Shown in pieces: positions 8,314 through 15,526 of a stretch of 35,965 nt of DNA; the first letter of the stretch is position 1; every line of letters begins with the position of its first letter. Under the pieces are notes generated by a model. It saw nothing but the letters and a program-made list of their open reading frames with translations. It ran no database searches and was not told the DNA's origin. The DNA is from Chloroflexi bacterium RBG_13_51_18. Its GTDB lineage: Bacteria; Chloroflexota; Dehalococcoidia; Dehalococcoidales; RBG-16-60-22. The DNA lies in assembly GCA_001796495.1 (NCBI GenBank), contig MGMR01000113.1:9233-45197 (forward strand), written 5' to 3'. A program made the position numbers and the translations under genes.

Positions 8314-8972
8314 AAATGGTAAATCTGACCATCGACGGCAAGAAGATAAAAGCCCGCCCCGGCGAAAAGCTTTTGTGGGCGGCGCTGGACAACGGCATCT
8401 ATATCCCCAACCTCTGCGCTATCAAAGACAAGCCGGAGCCGAACGCTGCCTGCCGATTATGCTGGGTGGAGATAGAGGGAAATAAGGAGCCGGTGACCGC
8501 CTGCACTATAGAAGTAGCCGACGGTATGGTTGTAAATATCAGAGGGCAAAATGCTTTAGCGCTGGCGCGCGCCGGTTTCGAGCTTTTGATGGCTTCTCAT
8601 GCCCTCGATTGCGCCCACTGCAGCGCCAACGGCGTCTGCGAGCTTCAGAAAATAGCCAAAACACTCAAGTGCAGCCTGAAACCAAGACGCCTGCGACTGC
8701 TCTTGAGAGATTTGTCGGTGGACGATAGTAATCCCCTTTTCACCCTCGACCCCAATAAATGCGTGTTATGCGGGCGCTGCGTATGGGAATGCCGTAAGTC
8801 TAAAGAGAAAGCCGTGTTGGGGTTTGCCCACCGGGGCTTTGACCGGGTGTTGACGACCTTCGGGGATGAGCCAATTGAGGAGAGGTGCATGAACTGCTCC
8901 ACATGCGTTGAGGTATGCCCGACGGGGGCGCTGGCGTTTAAAGAGGGGAAGAAGTCCGCTGATATAGCTTAA
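8310..8972 (+). CDS. Short NuoG-N-terminal-like Fe-S protein ([2Fe-2S], His-ligated [4Fe-4S], 2x[4Fe-4S]) with no catalytic domain
   Basis: LTIDGKKIKA..NLC-x10-CRLC-x13-C gives the NuoG-type 2Fe-2S. HALDCAHCSANGVC matches H-x3-C-x2-C-x5-C. CVLCGRCVWEC and CMNCSTCVEVCP are also present. The GTG start overlaps the upstream stop (GTGA). It is only 220 aa. Confidence 0.8.
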   Translation: MKMVNLTIDGKKIKARPGEKLLWAALDNGIYIPNLCAIKDKPEPNAACRLCWVEIEGNKEPVTACTIEVADGMVVNIRGQNALALARAGFELLMASHALDCAHCSANGVCELQKIAKTLKCSLKPRRLRLLLRDLSVDDSNPLFTLDPNKCVLCGRCVWECRKSKEKAVLGFAHRGFDRVLTTFGDEPIEERCMNCSTCVEVCPTGALAFKEGKKSADIA

Positions 8973-10384
8973 CGGTTACGGCCGGTCTTGCCCCGGGGTG
9001 GCATACGCTTCTGTCCGGACTTTCTATCGGTGCGGAAATCAGAAGCAATAATCCCGAAAGTAACACTGACTTTACGGTCGACGAGGCGGGAACTGATAGA
9101 ACTATCAACCTCACCCATAATTTCATCAAGGGAAAGCCGCGTGGTGATAACGGTGGGGAGGCGGCTGTTATAGCGGTAGTTGATTAGCTGATAAAGCTTT
9201 TCCTTCACCCAGGGATTGGTGGACTGCTCGCCGAAGTCATCCAGCACCAACAATGGGGCGGTCTTGACGCTCTCGAAAAGCCGGTCGTATGATATTTTAC
9301 TCTCCGGATTGAAGGCGGCGCGTAGATGGTCAAGCAAATCCGGAACGACGACGAATAATGCCGGCTTACCCATCTCATAGCGGTAGTTGACGATGGCGGA
9401 CGCGAGGTGCGTCTTGCCACAGCCCGTCTCACCCATAAAGACCAACCAGCCTTCGGGGTTTTTAGCGAAATCGAAAGCGAGCCGATAGGCTCCGTCCATA
9501 TTATCCTGCTGCTCCATGGATAAATCGGTACGGCGTTTATAATTGATAAAGTTCATATTCTTCTGAAGCTCAAACTCCGGCGTCCAAGCATATATAGAAG
9601 TCGGCGATGTTTCCTCCAGGATAAAGACATGGCATAAACGGGCGTCGGTCAGGCGGGTGCGCAGACGGTCATCCATTTCGTCGAAATGCACCGCGGTCAC
9701 GATAACAGTGGGCAGGCCGGCATTGAAGCGCGCCGTCAATAGCTGGTCGAGCTTTTCTTTAGCCCAAGGCGTGCCGGACTGCACCCCCAGGTCATCCAGC
9801 GCGAGAAGCGGAGTATTCTTCATCTGCTCGAAGAATTCGTCATACGGGATTTCGCTATCGGGGTTAAAAGAAGCGCGCAGCCGGTCCAGCAGGTCGGGGG
9901 CGGTAATATAGAAAGCTGGTTGTCCTTTTTCAATACACTCGTTAATGATAGCCGCCGCCAGGTGGGTCTTGCCGCTGCCGCTGGGCCCGCTGAAGACCAG
10001 CCATCCCTCCGGTGCGTCGGCAAACGCTTTCGCAGCCTGAAATGCCTGCGTGAAGCGCTCCTGGTTTTGCGGGTTGCTGCTACGCCCCTCCGGCATCAGA
10101 TTATCGAAGGTGAAACGGGCTAAAGCGCCCAGATTGCTGTACTGTTTCAGTCGGGACTGGCGCTCATCATCCTGCTTGCTCTTCACACAGCGGCAGGGAA
10201 CAACCCGGCTATAGTCCGGTTGCCCCGAAGGCAAACGGGGATGGACGACACGGACACCCTTGCAGATGGGACAAACAGGACTGTTCGACGGCGCTTCGTC
10301 AGCGCCGGACCATGTGTCCGTATTTTCCTTTGAAGTACTTGTCCGGGTCTGTTTTTTTAGAATCTCGCTGATATGTTCCATCAC
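8969..10384 (-). CDS. Tandem-duplicated DnaC/DnaI/IstB-like AAA+ ATPase (putative helicase loader) with an N-terminal Cys4 zinc-ribbon-like motif
   Basis: There are two Walker A sites (GPSGSGKTHLAAAI and GETGCGKTHLASAI) and two Walker B sites (PLLALDDLG and PLLVLDDFG). The two ~170-aa halves are colinear. The N-terminus carries CPICKG..PCRC. This is the last gene of the rplI-dnaB-dnaD-like array. Confidence 0.8.
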   Translation of the reverse strand: MMEHISEILKKQTRTSTSKENTDTWSGADEAPSNSPVCPICKGVRVVHPRLPSGQPDYSRVVPCRCVKSKQDDERQSRLKQYSNLGALARFTFDNLMPEGRSSNPQNQERFTQAFQAAKAFADAPEGWLVFSGPSGSGKTHLAAAIINECIEKGQPAFYITAPDLLDRLRASFNPDSEIPYDEFFEQMKNTPLLALDDLGVQSGTPWAKEKLDQLLTARFNAGLPTVIVTAVHFDEMDDRLRTRLTDARLCHVFILEETSPTSIYAWTPEFELQKNMNFINYKRRTDLSMEQQDNMDGAYRLAFDFAKNPEGWLVFMGETGCGKTHLASAIVNYRYEMGKPALFVVVPDLLDHLRAAFNPESKISYDRLFESVKTAPLLVLDDFGEQSTNPWVKEKLYQLINYRYNSRLPTVITTRLSLDEIMGEVDSSISSRLVDRKVSVTFGIIASDFRTDRKSGQKRMPPRGKTGRNR

Positions 10385-11006
10385 TGCGGCCTTCTATCGA
10401 CCAGTTTTGTAAAATCCTGGCGATATATTTAATGCTGCGTTTGTTGTGCAGGACTGCTTCTTTTATAGCGTCCCGAATCCAGTCCTCCGGATAGGATTTC
10501 TCGGCATCGCGGAGTTCATCGGCAATCATAGGCGTCAGCATACCGATGTTCTGCTCGTAAAGGGTGAAAATATCCGGCAAGGGTTCCGACGGTACCGGTG
10601 CAGACTTGCCCGCTTTCAGTCCAGGCAGCTTTAACCCGCCGCTCTTGATTTTTTCCACCGCCTGGCGACTGGACTCGTCATTAATAAAATATATATCCCC
10701 GGAAACGATTTCCATTTCCACGGATAGACTCAATAACGTGCCGCGTTCGACTGCCTTTTTCAGGCCGCCGCGCAGCGTTTCCTCGGACCCCTTGAGACCC
10801 CCCATCAGGACGGCATCACCCATCAGCTCGTCATAACGAATAAAACGGGGGTAGCCTTTACGCTGATAAAGCACGGCGATAATGTGCAATGTTGTTTTTA
10901 ACTCGTCGATATCGGTAATCTGGGGCAATACGTCGCTGAAAAAGACACCAGGTATCGCCGTGTACTGCACCCTGCCGCCGGACGGAAAACCCTGAAATTT
11001 TGTCAT
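10299..11006 (-). CDS. DnaD-domain replication initiation/primosome protein
   Basis: 235 aa. The C-terminal DnaD/DnaB_2-like region is LYEQNIGMLTPMIADELRDAEKSYPEDWIRDAIKEAVLHNKRSIKYIARILQNW. ATGA overlap with the dnaB stop (11003-11006). Confidence 0.75.
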   Translation of the reverse strand: MTKFQGFPSGGRVQYTAIPGVFFSDVLPQITDIDELKTTLHIIAVLYQRKGYPRFIRYDELMGDAVLMGGLKGSEETLRGGLKKAVERGTLLSLSVEMEIVSGDIYFINDESSRQAVEKIKSGGLKLPGLKAGKSAPVPSEPLPDIFTLYEQNIGMLTPMIADELRDAEKSYPEDWIRDAIKEAVLHNKRSIKYIARILQNWSIEGRSDGTYQRDSKKTDPDKYFKGKYGHMVRR

Positions 11007-12388
11007 AGCAAGGTCGGCTCCACGCTTCCCAGGCTTTCAAATTTAGCCAGAGTATGACGGAAACGCAGCTTGATGCGGCCGGTGGGGCCATTGCGGTGCT
11101 TGGCGATAATGACATCGGCTTCTTCACGGGGGTATTCACGGTCGGGGTGAGCGGCTATCCACTCTTCTTCAGTCTTATAATAATATTCGTCGCGGTAAAT
11201 AAAGAGGACGACATCAGCGTCCTGCTCAATACTGCCGCTCTCACGGAGGTCAGAAAGCTGCGGCTCATGGGAGGCGCGCCATTCGACGGCACGGCTTAGC
11301 TGGGAGACAGCTATGACCGGCGCATCGATTTCACGGGCTAAAGCCTTGAGCGACCGCGATATTAAGCTGATTTCCTGCACGCGGTTTTCACCCCTGCCGC
11401 TGCTTTCCCCCTGCATCAACTGGAGATAATCGAGGATAACAAGGTCGATACCGCGCTCGTAATTAAGACGGAGCGCCTTAGAGCGCATCTCCGCCATACG
11501 AATCATCGGGGTATCGTCGACATAAATAGGGCATTCCGAAAGCACGCCGGTCGCCTCCATGACACGCTTCTCTTCGTCCTCGGTCTTATGCTCGCTGAAA
11601 CGGATACGCCGGGCGTTAACGCCCGATTCGCTGGAGACAAGACGCGTTACCAGGGAGTCGCGACTCATTTCCAGGCTGAATAGGGCGACGCAGGCACGGT
11701 GCTCAACGGCGGCGTTGCGGGCGATATTCAGAGCCAAGCTGGTCTTGCCCATGCTGGGACGACCAGCAATGATAATAAGGTCGGACCGCTGGAACCCGTT
11801 AAGGAATTCATCCAGACCGGCGAAGCTGGAGAGCACAAAGGGCAAACGCTCGGGGCGCTCTTCGGAAGACGGCGGGGCTACCTCGAAGTATTTATCCAGC
11901 ACCTCACGGATATGGGTGAGGTCGTTAGAGCCTCCACCGCCACGGCGCAGCCTGAATAAGATACCCTCGGCTTTAGCCAGGCTTTCCTCGACATCGGGCC
12001 CGGACTCATAGCCAACGGTAGCAATGCGGTCGCCGGCGGTTATCATCTGGCGCATGACGGAAAGCCGGTAGACGATGCGGGCATAGTGCTCGATATCGAG
12101 GGAGGTGGGGCAGATAGATATCAGGTAACTCAAGCGGGCGGCGCCGCCGCACGTTTCCAGCTTGCCGAGCCGTGTCAACTCCTGCGCCAGCGTAACCTGG
12201 TTGATGGCTTCGTCGCGCTGGTAGAGCGACATTGAAGCATCGTAAAGCAGCCGGTTCTGCTCGAAGTAGAAATCGGACGCCTTCAGAAAGTCGGCTATCT
12301 GAAAAACAGATGCGCCGTCAATCAGCAGGGAGCCGATGACCGCTTCTTCGGCGTCGTTATCGTTTGGCGGCAGCCTTGCATCGTTCAC
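11003..12388 (-). CDS. dnaB: Replicative DNA helicase DnaB
   Basis: 461 aa. Motifs PPNDNDAEEAVIGSLLID, IIIAGRPSMGKTSLALNIA (Walker A), VILDYLQLM (Walker B), APVIAVSQLSR, LSDLRESGSIEQDADVV. It sits directly downstream of rplI, as in many bacteria. Confidence 0.95.
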   Translation of the reverse strand: MNDARLPPNDNDAEEAVIGSLLIDGASVFQIADFLKASDFYFEQNRLLYDASMSLYQRDEAINQVTLAQELTRLGKLETCGGAARLSYLISICPTSLDIEHYARIVYRLSVMRQMITAGDRIATVGYESGPDVEESLAKAEGILFRLRRGGGGSNDLTHIREVLDKYFEVAPPSSEERPERLPFVLSSFAGLDEFLNGFQRSDLIIIAGRPSMGKTSLALNIARNAAVEHRACVALFSLEMSRDSLVTRLVSSESGVNARRIRFSEHKTEDEEKRVMEATGVLSECPIYVDDTPMIRMAEMRSKALRLNYERGIDLVILDYLQLMQGESSGRGENRVQEISLISRSLKALAREIDAPVIAVSQLSRAVEWRASHEPQLSDLRESGSIEQDADVVLFIYRDEYYYKTEEEWIAAHPDREYPREEADVIIAKHRNGPTGRIKLRFRHTLAKFESLGSVEPTLL

Positions 12389-12395
12389 AGCGAGA

Positions 12396-13142
12396 TTACT
12401 CCTTGTTTTCTTCTACCGTTTCTTCTGTCTTTTTGGCTTTAGCTTTTGACTTTTTTTCTTTCTTTTCTTCTTTAACAGGTTTTTCTGCTTCAGCCGGTTC
12501 TACTGCTTTTACCTTTTTAGGTTTCTTTACTTTGGCAGGTTTTTCCGCTTTTTCTGCCGCAGCGGGTTTTTCTTCTTTGGGCTCTTCAGGCGCCTTTTCT
12601 TTCTTTACCTTTTTTTCTTTCTTCACGGCTTTTTCTTTTTTCTCTTCAGCGGGGGCTTCGGCCTTTTCTACTCTGACCGGCTTTTCCGCGCCCTCGGCAT
12701 CGGACATGACGGTAACGGTGACCATAGCCGTAATATCGTGGGTGAATTTAATAGTCACGTCGTACACACCCACTATGCGAATCGGCTCCGCGAGGTCGAC
12801 TTTTCTTTTATCGATTTCGCGTCCGATTTCTTTGCTTAACGCCTCGGCGATATCAGCGCCGGTAACCGAGCCGTAGAGCTTGTCTTTCTCGCCTACCTTG
12901 GCTTTCAGCGTAATCTCCGTGCCAGTTATCACTTTAGCCAGTTCAGACATTTCGGCTTCTTCAATCGCGCGCTGCTTGGCTACCTTTTTCAGGTGCGACT
13001 CGACACTGGCAGCCGCCTGGGAATTCGCCAGGACCGCCAGTTTACGCGGGAAAAGGAAGTTACGGGCATAGCCGTTGGCGACCTCCCTGGTCTGACCTGC
13101 CCTGGCTACATTGGGGACATCTTCGATGAAAATAACCTTCAC
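12396..13142 (-). CDS. rplI: 50S ribosomal protein L9 with a ~100-aa Lys/Glu/Ala/Pro-rich C-terminal extension
   Basis: GTG start with AAGGAG upstream. The L9 N-domain is MKVIFIEDVPNVARAGQTREVANGYARNFLFPRKLAV. It is 248 aa against ~150 aa for typical L9. The tail is EKAEAPAEEKKEKAVKKEKKVKKEKAPEEPKEEKPAAAEKAEKPAKVKKPKK... Confidence 0.9.
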   Translation of the reverse strand: MKVIFIEDVPNVARAGQTREVANGYARNFLFPRKLAVLANSQAAASVESHLKKVAKQRAIEEAEMSELAKVITGTEITLKAKVGEKDKLYGSVTGADIAEALSKEIGREIDKRKVDLAEPIRIVGVYDVTIKFTHDITAMVTVTVMSDAEGAEKPVRVEKAEAPAEEKKEKAVKKEKKVKKEKAPEEPKEEKPAAAEKAEKPAKVKKPKKVKAVEPAEAEKPVKEEKKEKKSKAKAKKTEETVEENKE

Positions 13143-13253
13143 GTTTTTCTCCTTTTTTAGACGACAAGTTATTTAACAACTAACCACATGATTCCGTCAA
13201 ATTCCTTTAAAGCGGAGCAATAATAAAAATTTAAATATTTTTAAAAAGCGGTA

Positions 13254-14183
13254 TTATTCGCTGATATATTTACCGGCATTGACGGCGGCTGTGGCCCCAT
13301 CGCCGGCGGCGCTTATTACCTGCCGGATAGAGCCGCTGCGGATATCGCCGGCGGCAAAAATGCCCGGCATGCTGGTCTCCAGCTTGTCGCCGGCAATAAT
13401 AGCCCCGACATTATCCAGTTTGATTATATCTTTAAGATAGCCGGTAGCCGGCTGAGACCCCACCGCCACGAAGACGCCGGATACATCAAGCATTGTTTCT
13501 TTTTTGGTTTTAACGTTCTGTAATTTAATTTGAGTGACTGCTTTGTCCCCCAGTATCTCCAGCGGCACCGTATCCCAGGATATTGTTATTTTGGGGTCGG
13601 CTTTTACTCTTTCCTGCATGATGGCCGTTGCCCTAAGCTCATTGCGGCGGTGTATCAATACTACTTTTAAAGCGAATTTGGTAAGTTCCAGAGCTTCTGT
13701 TACGGCGGCATTGCCGCCTCCTATCACAGCCACCACTTTATCGCGGAAGAAAGCGCCGTCGCAGGTGGCGCAGTAAGAAACGCCTCTGCCGGTGAATTCC
13801 GCCTCGCCGGGTATGCCCAGCTTTTGCCGCTCCGCCCCACCGGCAATAATAATCGCTTTGGCTGTAAATTTGCCCTGCGATGTTGTTACCGTTTTCTGCT
13901 TTCCGCCTGCCTCGATTCCGGTAACCTCATCGTACACTGTTTCCATTCCGAATTTGGTGGCCTGCTGGTGCATCGCCTGTGTAAGGTCGATGCCGCCGAC
14001 GCCTTCGGTAAATCCGGGGTAGTTCTCCACCGTTTCAGAGTTTATTATCTGGCCGCCGATGGCCGCTTTTTCAATAAGCAGCGTCGCTAACCGGGCGCGG
14101 GCGGTATATATACCGGCGCTCAAACCGGCCGGACCCCCGCCGATAATAATGATATCGTATTTTTTTAGAGGTTCGCTCATCAA
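13254..14183 (-). CDS. trxB: Thioredoxin-disulfide reductase
   Basis: Motifs IIIIGGGPAGLSAGIY (FAD), the CATCDG redox centre, VIGGGNAAVTEA plus HRRNELRA (NADPH), and FAAGD. Confidence 0.95.
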   Translation of the reverse strand: MMSEPLKKYDIIIIGGGPAGLSAGIYTARARLATLLIEKAAIGGQIINSETVENYPGFTEGVGGIDLTQAMHQQATKFGMETVYDEVTGIEAGGKQKTVTTSQGKFTAKAIIIAGGAERQKLGIPGEAEFTGRGVSYCATCDGAFFRDKVVAVIGGGNAAVTEALELTKFALKVVLIHRRNELRATAIMQERVKADPKITISWDTVPLEILGDKAVTQIKLQNVKTKKETMLDVSGVFVAVGSQPATGYLKDIIKLDNVGAIIAGDKLETSMPGIFAAGDIRSGSIRQVISAAGDGATAAVNAGKYISE

Positions 14184-14196
14184 TCTTCCCCCTCAA

Positions 14197-14526
14197 TCAC
14201 AAAGCCGCGTCGATGTTTTTCTTCAATTCACTCCTCGTTTCACTGGTGAACCCTATAATGCTGGATGTAGGCTGGCCTCCTTTAAAGAGAATCAGCGTGG
14301 GTATACTCATTACACCATACTGCCGGGCGGTCTCTGCGCTATCATCGACATTCACTTTTACGAAGGCGACCTTGCCATCGTATTCTTTGGCAAATTCTTC
14401 AACAAGCGGCGCAATCATACGGCAAGGCCCGCACCATGGCGCCCAGAAATCGACTAATACGGGTGTTTTTGCTTTCAAGACCGTTTCACCAAATTTTTCT
14501 TCATTGATTTCCACTGGTTTGCTCAT
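14197..14526 (-). CDS. trxA: Thioredoxin
   Basis: 109 aa with the WCGPC active site (DFWAPWCGPCRMIAP). GAGGGGG SD ahead of trxB, 13 nt downstream. Confidence 0.95.
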   Translation of the reverse strand: MSKPVEINEEKFGETVLKAKTPVLVDFWAPWCGPCRMIAPLVEEFAKEYDGKVAFVKVNVDDSAETARQYGVMSIPTLILFKGGQPTSSIIGFTSETRSELKKNIDAAL

Positions 14527-15526
14527 ATTTCTCCTCTTTCACTTTTTCTGTTATGCCGCGCTCAACAGCCTCTTTAGCCAGTCCGATGGCGTTTTTAATT
14601 GCCCTGGCCTTGCTACGCCCATGAGCGATGATGATATTGCCGTTAACACCGAGAAGGTAGCCCCCCCCGTATTCACTGAAATCAAGTTTCTTCGTCCAGG
14701 AACCCAGCCCGATTTCCCGTAAAAGGTCGCGCGTTTTTAAACGGGAGACACTGGAAATCACATGGCCGAGTTCACGCATCGAGTTTAGAAAATTATCATT
14801 AGCCCCCTCGATAGTCTTCAGCACAATATTACCGGTAAAACCATCGGTTACTATGACATCGGCAGTTTTACGGTTTATATCATGCCCTTCAATATTGCCA
14901 ACAAATGTGATATCCTTAGCTTCTTTTAAAAGCTGATAGGTCTCCTGCGTCAGGCGATTTCCCTTTCCTTCTTCCATGCCATTACTAAGCAATCCGACCC
15001 TGGGGAAAGGTATCTTTAATATGTACTTACTAAAAAGCGTGCCCATACGGGCAAACTCCAGCAGGTGCTCCGGACGGCAATCGGAGTTAGCCCCAGCATC
15101 CACCAGCAACGCCGGATGGGATGTCAGAGCATCCAGGAAGCAGCCTATTGCCGGACGGCTAATACCGTTTGCCTTTCCCAGTGTAAGTAGTGATGATGCG
15201 ACAACGGCACCGGTATTACCGGCAGAAACAAAAGCCGAAGCACTGCCGCTTTTAAGAAGATTGATACCGATAACGATTGATGAATTAGGCTTGTTCTGGA
15301 GCGACCTAATAGGATGCTCATTAAAGTCGATGACCTGCTTGGCATCGACGATTGAGATACCGCTTTTAACCGGGGATTTTTCCAGGAGCTTGCGGAGCAC
15401 GTTTTTCCGGCCTACCAGCACGATTTCCACGCCGAGTTCCTGTACGGCTTTAATAGCCCCCTTGACCATTTCATGCGGAGCATAATCGCCGCCGGCAACA
15501 TCCAGCGCAATTTTTACGTTTTTCAA
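14501..15526 (-). CDS. plsX: Phosphate acyltransferase PlsX
   Basis: Motifs KIALDVAGGDYAP, VSAGNTGA, VTDGFTGNIVLK. I prefer the TTG start at 15526, which has GAGGG ~7 nt upstream and forms a TTGA overlap with the upstream stop. The track ATG at 15562 lies inside the upstream gene. Confidence 0.9.
   Translation of the reverse strand: MKNVKIALDVAGGDYAPHEMVKGAIKAVQELGVEIVLVGRKNVLRKLLEKSPVKSGISIVDAKQVIDFNEHPIRSLQNKPNSSIVIGINLLKSGSASAFVSAGNTGAVVASSLLTLGKANGISRPAIGCFLDALTSHPALLVDAGANSDCRPEHLLEFARMGTLFSKYILKIPFPRVGLLSNGMEEGKGNRLTQETYQLLKEAKDITFVGNIEGHDINRKTADVIVTDGFTGNIVLKTIEGANDNFLNSMRELGHVISSVSRLKTRDLLREIGLGSWTKKLDFSEYGGGYLLGVNGNIIIAHGRSKARAIKNAIGLAKEAVERGITEKVKEEKYEQTSGNQ

Noticed and set aside
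5778-8972. Part of a respiratory complex I (nuo) operon
   Set aside because: Only E/F/short-G-like genes are present. No membrane-arm or NuoBCDI genes flank them. The NuoF-like protein has the HydB/Bfu-type extra domains rather than the plain NuoF layout.
8969-12388. dnaB, the dnaD-like gene and the dnaC-like gene as a prophage or plasmid replication module
   Set aside because: There is no integrase, repressor, structural or partition gene nearby. dnaB sits directly after rplI in the conserved chromosomal arrangement. Composition matches the surrounding housekeeping genes.
12364-12876. 170-aa Phe/Ser-rich ORF and repetitive aaagaaaaag-type DNA. I considered a tandem repeat, a CRISPR-like array or a separate gene.
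   Set aside because: The repetitiveness is the antisense image of the Lys/Glu-rich L9 tail. There is no fixed repeat unit and no spacer periodicity. The sense frame is continuous with the L9 N-domain.
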